Below, piece by piece: positions 44,773 to 57,544 of a DNA stretch of 64,000 nucleotides. Source of the stretch: Eledone cirrhosa (Eukaryota); assembly GCA_964016885.1 (NCBI GenBank), contig OZ024749.1, positions 12,524,001-12,588,000 of the forward strand, given 5' to 3'. A program made the position numbers and the translations under genes. The number at the start of each line of letters is the position of its first letter. Within the stretch, counting starts at the first letter, position 1. Under the pieces are notes generated by a model that saw nothing but the letters and a program-made list of their open reading frames with translations, was not told the DNA's origin and did no database searches.

Positions 44773-45487
44773 TATATATACATATATATATATATATATA
44801 TACATATATACATATATATGTGCATATATAATATATATATACATATATAATATATATATACATATATAATATATATATACATATATAATATATATATACA
44901 TATATAATATATATATATACATATATAATATATATATACATATATAATATATATATACATATATATGTACATATATAAATACATATATATTATATATATA
45001 CATATATATGTACATATATAAATACATATATATTATATATATACATATATATGTACATATATAAATACATATATATTATATAGATACACACACATATATA
45101 TATATTATATATATATATATAATATATATATATTATATATATATTATATATATATATTATATATTATATATATAATATAATATATATATAATATATTATA
45201 TATATATATAATATATTATATATATAATATATATATTATATATAAAATATATTATATATAATATATATAATATAATATATATATATAATATATTATATAT
45301 ATATATAATATATTATATATATAATATATATATTATATATTATATATAAAATATATTATATATATAGTATATTATATATATATATAATATATATATAATA
45401 TATTATATATATATAATATATTATATATATATAATATATATATAATATATTATATATATATATAATATATATATAATATATATATAA
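44773..45487. repeat. AT-rich microsatellite tract
   Basis: Directly visible. Confidence 0.95.
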
Positions 45488-45693
45488 GTTATTTTAATTT
45501 ACAATCGTTTGAAATTTTTGATAATATTTTTCTAATCAAATTCACAAATAATTCAATATGAAATTGTTTTTTGACTGAAACCAAATTATTTTAATCAGAA
45601 GATTCTTGGATCCCAGCTTAGAATTGTGAGCTTCAGCAGATTATTTGGTTGTTGAAAATCTACCCTCATACAAACAGCTTGTTACTTGTTACT

Positions 45694-45732
<39 letters not shown>

Positions 45733-45813
45733 TTGTTATGAGCAATGGCATATCTTTATTGATATTTCAGTCATTTTGGGCAGTTGTGTTTGTGGAAGAG
45801 AGGAGTGTATGTT

Positions 45814-46003
45814 AAATAATTGTTTCTACTTTCGGCACAAGGCCAGCAATTACCCCAGTGCATTACTGGTACTTTATTTTATCGACCCCCGTAAGGATGA
45901 AAGGCAGAGTTAACCTCGGCGGGATTTGAAATCAGATCATAAAGGGCCGCAACTCTATGCTGCAAAGCATGTCGTCCGCCCCTCTACTGATACTGCCAAT
46001 CCA
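45814..46003 (-). mobile_element. SINE family B
   Basis: Reverse complement of the family consensus. Confidence 0.88.
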
Positions 46004-46745
46004 TCTCACAACTAATTGTATATAGCAAGCTGTACAGTACAGTTGTGAGACAATGACATCAAAACTGGGGATATAGCTTAACAGAGACCATCTCACAACT
46101 AATTGTATATAGCAAGCTGTACAGTACAGTTGTGAGACAATGACATCAAAACTGGGGATATAGCTTAACAGAGACCATCTCACAACTAATTGTATATAGC
46201 AAGCTGTACAGTACAGTTGTGAGACAATGACATCAAAACTGGGGATATAGCTTAACAGAGACCATCTCACAACTAATTGTATATAGCAAGCTGTACAGTA
46301 CAGTTGTGAGACAATGACATCAAAACTGGGGATATAGCTTAACAGAGACCATCTCACAACTAATTGTATATAGCAAGCTGTACAGTACAGTTGTGAGACA
46401 ATGACATCAAAACTGGGGATATAGCTTAACAGAGACCATCTCACAACTAATTGTATATAGCAAGCTGTACAGTACAGTTGTGAGACAATGACAACAAAAC
46501 TGGGGATATAGCTTAACAGAGACCATCTCACAACTAATTGTATATAGCAAGCTGTACAGTACAGTTGTGAGACAATGACATCAAAACTGGGGATATAGCT
46601 TAACAGAGACCATCTCACAACTAATTGTATATAACAAGCTGTACAATACAGTTGTGAGATGTTGATATCACAACAGGGATATAGTAAATAAAACAATAGA
46701 GACCATCTCACAACAGGTTGTATATAGCAAGCTGTACAGTATATT
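46001..46745. repeat. 87-bp minisatellite, ~8.5 copies
   Basis: 29-aa periodicity in ORF 45932-46711. Confidence 0.95.
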
Positions 46746-46843
46746 TGTAAGACATTGACATTACAATTTCTAAGACAGAATAACAGTTATATTATATTCA
46801 GACACCACCTTTGCCTGGGTTATCGGACACCAGGTCACAACTA

Positions 46844-47262
46844 ATATATATATATATATATACATACATAGATATATATACATAGATATATATATATATA
46901 TATATACATAGATACACATATACATATATACACATATATATGCATATACATAGATATACATATAAAAAGATATACATATACATAGATATACATATATACA
47001 TATATATACATATACATAAATATACATATACATAGATATGTATACATATATATATATAAATATATATACATATATATATACATAGATATGTATACATATA
47101 TATATATATATATATATAAATATATATACATATACACATATATATATACATATATATATACATATATAAATATATATACATATACATATATATATATATA
47201 TACATGTACATATATACATATATAATATATATACATATACACATATATATATATATACATAT

Positions 47263-47307
<45 letters not shown>

Positions 47308-47550
47308 CACATATATATACATATACATATATACATATACACATATATATACATATACACATATATATACATATACACATATATATATATATACATATAC
47401 ACATATATATACATATACACATATATATACATATACACATATATATATATACATATACACACATATATATATACATATACACACATATATATATATACAT
47501 ATACACACATATATATATATATATATATACATATACACATATATATACAT

Positions 47551-47587
<37 letters not shown>

Positions 47588-47612
47588 TGTGTGTGTGTAT
47601 AAACATATATGT
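46844..47612. repeat. (TA)/(CA) microsatellite tract
   Basis: Directly visible. Confidence 0.95.
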
Positions 47613-47872
47613 AGACATAGTAAGCAGCCCAGAATTATTGTGTACATATATACTTCATTTTTGAATTTGTTTTGCAAGATATCTTATGTGAAAACGTGTT
47701 GAAACAGATACTGCAATACTTTGGGAGGGTCAGGCTGCTATTTAAAACACACACACACACCTGCTGGTTTTCACTTTAATTTATTATAAGTTTTCATGTC
47801 TCTTCTTTGTTCTGTCCTACACAAAACAAGATGGTGTAGCAGAACAAAGGAGAGACACAAAATAAAAACTCC

Positions 47873-47915
47873 GTCACTGAGGAGGTCACAGAATGTGTGA
47901 TGAAAGAGCTTTGAC
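47873..47915 (+). ncRNA. Minimal hammerhead ribozyme motif
   Basis: GUCA CUGAGGA g GUCACA-gaaug-UGUGAU GAAA gagc UU UGAC: stems I and II and the core all present. Confidence 0.7.
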
Positions 47916-48044
47916 AATATATAAACAACCATCTGGTTATCGAACCAACCAGCCAACCGGAAACTTATAATAAATTGAAGTGAAAACCAACAGGTGTGTG
48001 TGTGATTTTATTGGCAACATGACCTTCCCAAAGTATAACTATAT

Positions 48045-48485
48045 ATATATAACCAAAGATTAGTATGGTTCATTGAATACTCAATGAATACAATTTTACA
48101 ATAGATTAGAAGCACTCAATAAGAAAGTTTTCCTGGAGTTTTTAATATTATTCAAAATATTAACAAATGAAAAATATTCTCATAATCAAAATATAAACTT
48201 TATTATATATATTTCAGAGGTACTATGTTGTTTTTTCAGTACGTCCTCATCAGACAAAATATATGATTTGATATATGACATACCGCTACAGTCTTGATTA
48301 TTCAGTTCCAGTATTGACTGCCAATACTAGAATTGAACAATCATGACCGTAGCAGTATGTCATATATCAAATCATATATTTTGTCTGATGAGGACGTACT
48401 GAAAAAACAACATAGTACCTCTGAAATATATATAATAAAGTTTATATTTTGATTATGAGAATATTTTTCATTTGTTAATATTTTG

Positions 48486-48493
<8 letters not shown>
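48045..48493. mobile_element. pLTR-like element with ~155-bp inverted arms (48145-48299 / 48339-48493)
   Basis: Arms contain ctgatgag-g..gtact...agtac-ctc-tgaaa; the left arm continues into an attgagta-type tail. Confidence 0.65.
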
Positions 48494-48522
<29 letters not shown>

Positions 48523-48789
48523 CATAATTGTCATCATCATCATCATATAGTGACAGTAAGGTGAATATGAAAGCTGGAAAATAAAAGCCATACTCAGCAG
48601 TACTAGTGGCGTTCGTTGTTGTGCTGTATAGATGACAGTACTGCTCTCTACCAATCAGATAGCAGTATAGCACTCCACCAATCAGGCTGCAGCACTGCTC
48701 TCTGCCAACCAATCAGGCTTTGCTCCTTATTACTCTCTCTACACAATATTGATGTTGTAATAATTAACTGCACATGTGTGCGCGCGCGT

Positions 48790-48820
<31 letters not shown>

Positions 48821-49212
48821 TATATATTGTACGGGGATATATCTATATCTCTGTATATATATATATATGTATATATATAGGTGTGCGTGTGTATATGAGG
48901 CATTATGTAGCAGTACGTATATGTCTTGAGTGTAGGTGTTTATCTATGTGTGTATATATAATAACCACACACTATATATATATATATATTTGTGATTGCA
49001 CACAAGTACAGCTACAAAGTTTTAGTAAAAATTGTTTCTTATTTGTAGAAAATACTTAACTGCCCCTGGAATTGTCTCAAAGATGAGGCTTATTATTATT
49101 ATTATTATTATTGTTGTTATTATTGCTTGAGATGTGTATAAAACAAGAGAGGTGGAGAGAGGTTTATATTGTTTAGTAGTGGAGGGAGGGGGGGGGGGAG
49201 AACAGTCTGGAT

Positions 49213-49361
49213 CAGTAATGGGCAAACCCAGGCCCATGAGCCGTGTATGTACTCCATTTGGATTTCTAAATGGCACACATAATTTCAGTAGTGCCACCGC
49301 CTGCTTTAAGATGAGTCACATTCGATGCGGCCCAATGCTCAAAAAAGTTTGCCCACGCCTG
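49213..49361. mobile_element. hAT-type MITE (sister copy 56163-56328)
   Basis: TIR cagtaatgggcaaac/gtttgcccacgcctg; 8-bp TSD gtctggat/gtctagat. Confidence 0.8.
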
Positions 49362-50052
49362 GTCTAGATGTTGAATTTAAAAAGGTTATGAGTACAATAT
49401 CATGGACTGGTTGATTGGCTGACTGGAGGTGGGGGTGGGGGTGGGGTGTATGGTAGGGGGTGGGGGTGGAACAGTCACATGATTCTTCCCCCCACCCCAT
49501 AAAAAACAAACGAACAAACAAAATAACCGATTTAGGCACAAGGCCAACAATTTTGGGAGGGAGAGAGAGGGAAGTAGATGAAATCAACCCCAGTGCATTA
49601 CTGGTACTTTATTTTTAACCTCCATAAGGATGAAAGGCAAAGCTAACCTCAGTGGGATTTAAAATCAGAACGAACATAAAATAATAAAAAATAATTATTA
49701 TTAAAAAAACTGAGAAATATTTATAGAAACATGTTAACAAGATGGATTAAATACAATATCTTAATTAGTTAACACTTTCATAATCATATTTCTAATGAAA
49801 TATACTCTTCCAATTAATTAAGAATTTTGAGCAATTTACTTAAATTATTAAATATTATTTCATTACTAAGATAGTAAACTTAACATATGGTTCTTATATG
49901 AAATTATGTTTTGAAAGATTTAAAATTAAATAGGAACCATTAAAAATTAGTGGTTCTGTTTCCATGGTACCAAAGCCAGAGCTGGTTTGGGGCAAGTTGG
50001 TATCGAGAGGGCTAATGGTTTGTTGTCTTCTTATTAGCCACAGATTTGTAGG

Positions 50053-50114
<62 letters not shown>

Positions 50115-50339
50115 ACTAGCCTCAAATTTGTAGGTCAAATATATATATATATATAATGTATAAAATTATACATAAAATTTAGCTCTGTAACTTACATAGA
50201 GCACTCTTCACTCCTATGACTTTTTCAATTTTCAACGGAAACTTCAATACTTATATATATATATATTTGACCTACAAATTTAAGGCTAGTACATATATAT
50301 ATATTTATTTATTTACTTATTTGTCCTGCAAATCTGTGG

Positions 50340-50404
<65 letters not shown>

Positions 50405-50405
50405 G

Positions 50406-50438
<33 letters not shown>

Positions 50439-50443
50439 GTATA

Positions 50444-50500
<57 letters not shown>

Positions 50501-50774
50501 GTATATATATATATATGTATATATATGTATATATATATATATGTATATGTACTAGCCTCAAATTTGTAGGTCAAATATATATATATATATATAAAATAGG
50601 TTGAACGAGCTGGCTTTTCCTCAGTATATAACTGGTACTGAATTCAACTTAAAATTGATTTCCCCCCTCCCTCATTTCTCTCTCTGGTTGACCTTGGTTG
50701 GGGGATTTGAACTCAGAACATAAAGTGAGACAACTAAAGATATACATCACAGCGGTGGCATGGAGGAGAAATTT

Positions 50775-51035
50775 ATGGTGGGGTGGTGACACCAGGTAGT
50801 GGTGGTGGAGGCAAGGGGTGGAAGAGAGGAAGGCCTTGTTGGGGTGGTGACACCCGGTAGTGGTGGTGGAGGCAAGGGGTGGAAGAGAGGAAGGCCTTGG
50901 TGGGGTGGTGACACCAGGTAGTGGTGGTGGAGGCAAGGGGTGGAAGAGAGGAAGGCCTTGTTGGGGTGGTGACACCCGGTAGTGGTGGTGGGAGCAGGGG
51001 GTGGAAGAGAGGAAGGCCTTGTTGGGGTGGTGGTG
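50775..51035. repeat. 61-bp G-rich tandem repeat, ~4 copies
   Basis: gacaccaggtagtggtggtggaggcaaggggtggaagagaggaaggccttgttggggtggt. Confidence 0.9.
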
Positions 51036-52465
51036 CAGCGGAGGACGTGGGGCAGTTGAGGGCATGGATAAGGCCTCGGTTGGGTAGCGACATTGGGTAG
51101 CAATGTAGAAGAGGCTTTTGTGGGGTGGGAAGAGGTGGTGACATTGGGGAGTGAGGGGTGTGTGACGTGGAAGAAGCCTCTGTAGAGGCATGGCACAGGG
51201 TGGTGGCATGATGGAGGCTTCAGTAGGGTTGGTTGGGTGGAGGAGGTGGCCTTGTGTGACATGGTGATACACTACAGTGGCATGGAGGAGAGGGAAGGTG
51301 TCGGTGGGTGTTGATGGCACTGAGTGATTCCAGTGGCCTCATGTGGGTAGTGTGACACTATGGTGACATGGAAACAGAGTGAGGGAGGTGATGGCACTAG
51401 GTGGTGGTGGTGGAGCAGTGGCATGACACATTATTTCACTACCTTTACTCTTTCTTTCATGTTGTGTTTTCTTCTTTGAAAAATAAAACAAACAAAATAA
51501 AATAAAAAAACTATAAAAAAAACAAACAAACAAAAACAAAACAATAATGAAATAAAATAGTAAATGTCAAAGGTGAAAGGTCAAGGTCAAAGGTCAGGGG
51601 GGTCACATTGGTTAATTTTGGCAGGGAGTTATTTTGTTCTGTTCCTTTTATTTTTTTCAGAGTTTTTGTTATTTTTTTAATTACTTTTTTCTTAATTGTT
51701 GTTTTGATTAATATCTTAATTTCACTGTCATTATTATCATTATTTTTATAATTATTGTTATTATTATTATTGGTGGGTGTGGGTGTTGTTTTGTGATTTA
51801 AAAAAAAAATTATTTTTGGCATTTAAGAAAATAAGTTTTTTTCTTTGTTTATTCCCCTCCCCCTCCCCACCCTCCCCTACCTATCCCCTAACTACCATGC
51901 AATACCCCACCACCACCACCACCAGTAATCTACACCCGCTCTCCAGTGAAAACCTGGATGGAGTGGGATATGGCAGGTGGTGTGGTGTGGTGTGGTGTGG
52001 TGTGGTGTGGTGTGTGTTTCCCTCATTCCCCACCCCCTCAAAATATGTCTGGTCTGGTGCATACTGTCTCAAATCAGCTCCTGCCTCTCCGCGACATTTC
52101 CCCCCACATATGGGACAAGGGTTGTGATAGGGGAGGGAGGAGTTTGCAGGGTGGTGTTGGTAGTGAAGGTGGTGGTGTTTCGCAGAGTGAGAGGTGGCAA
52201 CTGTTGACAAGACTATATAACCCCCTACCACTGCCCTCATCACCCACATGACCAACCAACCACTGCCCCTTCCACCCCATTACCAATTTCATAATTCCTT
52301 ATTTCTCTCCCCACCCCTACACACACCACAATCAAACCCAACCCTAATCCTTTTACCCCACCCAAGTTCCCTGGCTTAGTTTCCCTTCTGTGTGTGTATA
52401 TATACACGTGTGTATGTATACATATATATGTGTGTATGTGTACACACACACACATGCAATGTATG

Positions 52466-52514
<49 letters not shown>

Positions 52515-52587
52515 GCACATACATATCGTGCACACACACACATATATATATATATTATATATATTTATGTACATACATATTTGTGAG

Positions 52588-52655
<68 letters not shown>

Positions 52656-52772
52656 TTTATATATACATACATGAACACACATATATATATATATAAACCC
52701 ACACATATATCAACAAATACATTCACATATGCATATTGATGTGTGTGTATGTATGTGTGTATATATATATAT

Positions 52773-52836
<64 letters not shown>

Positions 52837-52860
52837 TTTTATATATTTGTGTGTGAGTCA

Positions 52861-53123
52861 TTAAAAAAGCATATAAGTGTATAGCAATAATTGAGAGATG
52901 AAGACTAGGCTAATTCTGGCCATTGACCAATGCAGGTGAATGGCTGAAGACCTATCTTCAGGAGCAGGCCTGAATGACTTGGTATGAGGAGTAGTCGTTG
53001 CAAAGAAATAGCCATTGGTGTTAGATTGGTGGTCAAAATATTCCTTATCATCGTCATTTATGTCATCACTGCCTGACCCACTCAGGTCATCATAACCACT
53101 GCTGTCCCCACTGCCATAGATAT
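52861..53123 (-). CDS. GPC4/6 (dlp-like): Glypican, terminal coding exon (GAG attachment sites and GPI signal)
   Basis: ttccag|AT acceptor, phase 1; [21 protein letters not shown], hydrophobic C-terminus, TAA at 52863-52861. Confidence 0.9.
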
Positions 53124-53315
53124 CTGGAAAGAAGGAGAAAAAGAAGAAAGTCAATGATGCGTTGACAGTTTGGGGGTTAGGGCGTAGTGGTTTTAGTATA
53201 CACAGTGGACAGTAGAAGGCAGGGAAAGACTAAAGAGGTTGGTCCGTTGGTTGGTCAGAGTCAGTGGTGTGAAGGCAGGATGGTTCCAGCAGGGTTTCCA
53301 GGTGTTGTGGTGTGG

Positions 53316-53361
<46 letters not shown>

Positions 53362-53411
53362 TCATCATCGATTGCAAGGCCAATGCTCTAACCACTAAGC
53401 CATGTGCCTTC

Positions 53412-53446
<35 letters not shown>

Positions 53447-53569
53447 AGTATGTAAAAGGTAAACAGAAATAACATCACAAACGGTACAGTATATGGAAGG
53501 AATATATTAATTTAACGTTTGAAATAGCAGGAAAAGGGTCTTAACATTTCGGACGCTGGTCCTTCATCA
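53447..53569 (-). mobile_element. pLTR-like fragment beginning at a truncated hammerhead
   Basis: Minus strand: UGAUGA a GGAC-cagc-GUCC GAAA uguua; the first C is lost into (TA)n. Confidence 0.6.
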
Positions 53570-53856
53570 TATATATATATCAAATCACTTGCTAGACAAG
53601 TACAACTGTGGCTAAAATGACTCTTCTATGATGTAATTACTTTAGTTTCAACATAGTCTCAAATCAAGTGATCTGCCAGACAGTAGCTAACATGACTCTT
53701 CCATAACAGTCTCAGATCAAGTCATCTGCCAGACATGTACATTTGTGGCTAAAATGACAATTCTATGTTGTAATAACTTTAGTTTCAAGTCTCAGATCAA
53801 ATCATCTGCTAGACATATACAACTGTAAGAGAAAAAAACAGAAGCTGTTGACTTAC

Positions 53857-54023
53857 CATTTATCAATGACTCAACATCTTCTCCATTGTAAGCATCATGT
53901 AGTTTAATTGTCATACTCCTTAACTGTGATACCTGGTACTCTATTACTGATTTCATTTTCTTGATTTCTGGATCTGTCTCGTCTAATAGGGTTGTGTCAT
54001 CCTTCAGCATTACAGACGTTTCA
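53857..54023 (-). CDS. GPC4/6 (dlp-like): Glypican exon
   Basis: ttttag|T ... G|gtaagt; QVSQLRSMTIKLHDAYNGEDV matches the glypican C-terminal helix; phases 2/1 fit neighbours. Confidence 0.9.
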
Positions 54024-54109
54024 CTAAAAATAACAACAACTATTAATATTCACATATCATCATCATTATTATTACTAGCAGAAAAACCACCTTTCCAGTG
54101 GTTTTCTGC

Positions 54110-54941
54110 TAGCATGTGTAGTGTGTATATTGATATTATACGCAAGTATATATACATGTAGATATGATACCAGTAGCATGTGTAGTGTGTATATTGATAT
54201 TATACGCAAGTATATATACATGTAGATATGATACCAGTAGCATGTGTAGTGTGTATATTGATATTATACGCAAGTATATATACATGTAGATATGATACCA
54301 GTAGCATGTGTAGTGTGTATATTGATATTATACGCAAGTATATATACATGTAGATATGATACCAGTAGCATGTGTAGTGTGTATATTGATATTATACGCA
54401 AGTATATATACATGTAGATATGATACCAGTAGCATGTGTAGTGTGTATATTGATATTATACGCAAGTATATATACATGTAGATATGATACCAGTAGCATG
54501 TGTAGTGTGTATATTGATATTATACGCAAGTATATATACATGTAGATATGATACCAGTAGCATGTGTAGTGTGTATATTGATATTATACGCAAGTATATA
54601 TACATGTAGATATGATACCAGTAGCATGTGTAGTGTGTATATTGATATTATACGCAAGTATATATACATGTAGATATGATACCAGTAGCATGTGTAGTGT
54701 GTATATTGATATTATACGCAAGTATATATACATGTAGATATGATACCAGTAGCATGTGTAGTGTGTATATTGATATTATACGCAAGTATATATACATGTA
54801 GATATGATACCAGTAGCATGTGTAGTGTGTATATTGATATTATACGCAAGTATATATACATGTAGATATGATACCAGTAGCATGTGTAGTGTGTATATTG
54901 ATATTATACGCAAGTATATATACATGTAGATATGATACCAG
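54110..54941. repeat. 64-bp minisatellite, 13 apparently identical copies (intronic)
   Basis: Directly visible. Confidence 0.97.
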
Positions 54942-55051
54942 AAGTGTTGACATTTCAGAAATTTTAAAGAAGTGAATCTTTAAATAAACAAAATATATTT
55001 AATGAACAGCCATGAAATTTAGTAGATAAATTATGTAATATCCATTCATTA

Positions 55052-56147
55052 GTGGATTGGCAGTATCGGTAGAGGGTTGGACGCCATGCTTTCCAGCACA
55101 GTTACGTCCCTTTATGATCTAAGTTCAAATCCCGCCGAGGATAACTTTGCCTTTCATCCTTACGGGGTCGATAAAATAAAGTACCAGTAATGCACTGGGT
55201 AATATCTGGCCTTGTGCCAAAAGTAGAAACAATTATTTATTCAAAGTAATCCAACTTATTTTACAAACGGGATAAAAAAAAAAAAACGTACGCAGCCCCG
55301 CAGACCTTCCTTTTTTATAGTTTAGATTATGTAAATATGAAAAGCAGTGGATTGTCAGTATCGGTAGAGCGTCAGATAATATGCTTTGGCACATAGAATT
55401 ACAGCCCTTTAGGTTTTAAGTTCAAATTCCATCAAGCTTAGCTTTGCCTTTCATCCTTACGGGGTCGATAAAATTAAAGTACCAGTAATGCATTGGGGTC
55501 AATTTAATTGACTTTGCCCTCCCTTCAAATTGTTGGCTTTGTACCTAAAATAGAAACAATTATTGTATAAGGGCAAAGGATTGGCCGAGTCGGAAGAGGG
55601 TCGGACAACATGCTTTGTGGCATAGAGTTACATTCCTTTACAATCTGACCAAGGTTAACTTTGTCTTTCATCCTTACGGGGTTGATGAAATAAAGTACCA
55701 GTAATGCACTGGGGTTGATTTAATTGACCCCCCCCCCCCATTTTTTGCCTTGTCTCTAAATCAGAAACTGTTATCATTACTGGTGGTAGATTGGCAGAAC
55801 ATTGGAAAACATGCTTTGTAGTATATAGTTACATCCCGCCAAAGTAGGTTTTGCCTTTCCTCCTAATGGGGTCAATTTAATTGACTTTCCCATCCCCTCC
55901 ATACTGTTGTCCTTGTGCTTCAATCAGAAACCATTATTATGTATATTTTACAAGGGCGGTGGATTGGCAGTATCGGTAGAGGGTCAGACGCCATGCTTGG
56001 CAGCAAAGAGTTACGGCCCTTTATGATCTGAGTTCAAATCCCGCCGAGGTTAACTTTGCCTTTCATCCTTACGGGGGTCGATAAAATAAAGTACCAGTAA
56101 TACACTGGGATAATTGCTGGCCTTGTGCCAAAAGTAGAAACCATTAT
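55052..56147 (+). mobile_element. Cluster of ~5 same-orientation SINE B copies of differing divergence
   Basis: Repeated (g/a)gattg(g/t)c heads near 55052, 55347, 55578, 55785, 55955. Confidence 0.88.
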
Positions 56148-56399
56148 ATGTATATTTTACATCAGTTCTGGGCTGCATACGGTCCAGGAGCCACATGCAG
56201 CTCATTTGGCTTTCTGAATGGCATGCTTAATTTAAAAATTGCCTTCAGTTTATTTAAGCAGTCTGGTCCACCTTATGATGGGCCACATTCTATGCTGCCC
56301 ATTGCTCAAAAAAGTTTGTCCATGCTTGGTTTACACAGTAAATATGATAATTACTGTCTGTTGGGATGCATAAAATTATTTTGGGAGATTTAAAACGCT

Positions 56400-56553
56400 C
56401 CCTATTTTTGTTTCTTTATTATATTTTACATTACGTTTTGACGTTTATAGACATTTTTATGGACCACATCCAAATATTCGCAGTTTTTCACTCTTCGCAG
56501 GTGTTCTAGGAACATTACCCCCCCCCCCCCTGCGCGGATACTGGTTGACAACT
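56400..56553. mobile_element. Tigger/pogo-like terminal fragment
   Basis: Ends ...ggaacattacccccc...cgcggatactggttgacaactg. Confidence 0.5.
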
Positions 56554-56580
56554 GTGTGTGTGTGTGTGTGTATATATTAT

Positions 56581-57120
56581 GAAGGCACATGGCTTAGTGG
56601 TTAGAGCATTGGCCTTACAATCGAAAGGTTGTGAGTTCAATTCTCAGACCGGGTGATGTGTTGTTTCCTTGAGCAAGACACTTTATTCCACATTGCTCCA
56701 GTTTACTCAGCTGTAGAAATGAGATGATAGGACTGGTGTCCATATCATTCCACTGCAAAGTGGTCGTGGAGGTGCCACGGCAAAAAAGCACCCAGCACTC
56801 ACTGTAAATGAGGTTGGTGTTAGGAAGGGCATCCAGCTGTAGAAATCAAGCCAGAATCAGTTCCCGTCCCACCCTTGCAAGCAGGGAAAAGCGGACGTAA
56901 AATGATGATGATTCGCTTTACAGTGTGGACCGGCCATGACAAAAGTGCCCAGCACACATTGTAAAGTGGTCAGCATTAGGAAGGGCATCGAACCATAGTA
57001 AACAAGCCAAAATCAGTTCTGTATGAGCAAGACATGGTCATTTGACCTGGCTTGTCTCACAACAGAACAACTCGTCTAACCCATGCTAGTGTGAAAAATG
57101 GACATTAAACGGTAATGATG
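56581..57120 (+). mobile_element. SINE family A plus an older tail copy
   Basis: Matches 35604-35943. Confidence 0.88.
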
Positions 57121-57145
57121 ATATATATTTATAATAGTATATTAC

Positions 57146-57486
57146 CTGTCTTTTTCATTTGTAGACCAACAGTCAGCATCATCAGGGGTCATTGCTGTGA
57201 CAGCGGACAGGTTACCTAAAGCTACTTTATATTTACTATCTGGGATACCTCCCGAAGAAAGTTTGGCATCTTTACATACAAAATATGGGACATTTATCCA
57301 AAAGTCATTGGCTATCTTCACTTTGTCACTGATGTCTCGCAAGAGACGATCAAGACTTGTACCGGCTGCTGTGATTGGTCGTTTCTGGTTCTTCTTTGAT
57401 GGCCATTTATAGTCAAACTTTTCATATTTCATGTTGTCTGTCTGTCTTCGATTACGAACTGAAGGGTGGCCACACTTTCCAGACAC
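57146..57486 (-). CDS. GPC4/6 (dlp-like): Glypican exon (341 nt)
   Basis: gtgtag|GTG ... AG|gtaat; CGHP, RNRR, RPITAAGTSLDRL, FWINVPYFVC, DCW. Confidence 0.93.
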
Positions 57487-57544
57487 CTACACAAAAGACA
57501 AAACAAACATGCTGTATAATAACAACAACAACAATAATAATATA

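Noticed and set aside
45932-46711. 259-aa repeat protein
   Set aside because: 87-bp minisatellite running into a SINE; no splice or domain evidence
50649-51320. Pro/His/Thr-rich mucin-like ORF
   Set aside because: 61-bp (non-triplet) repeat cycling through frames
51881-52255. ORF with CPICGGKC
   Set aside because: Embedded in low-complexity sequence downstream of the glypican stop; no recognisable domain or splice sites
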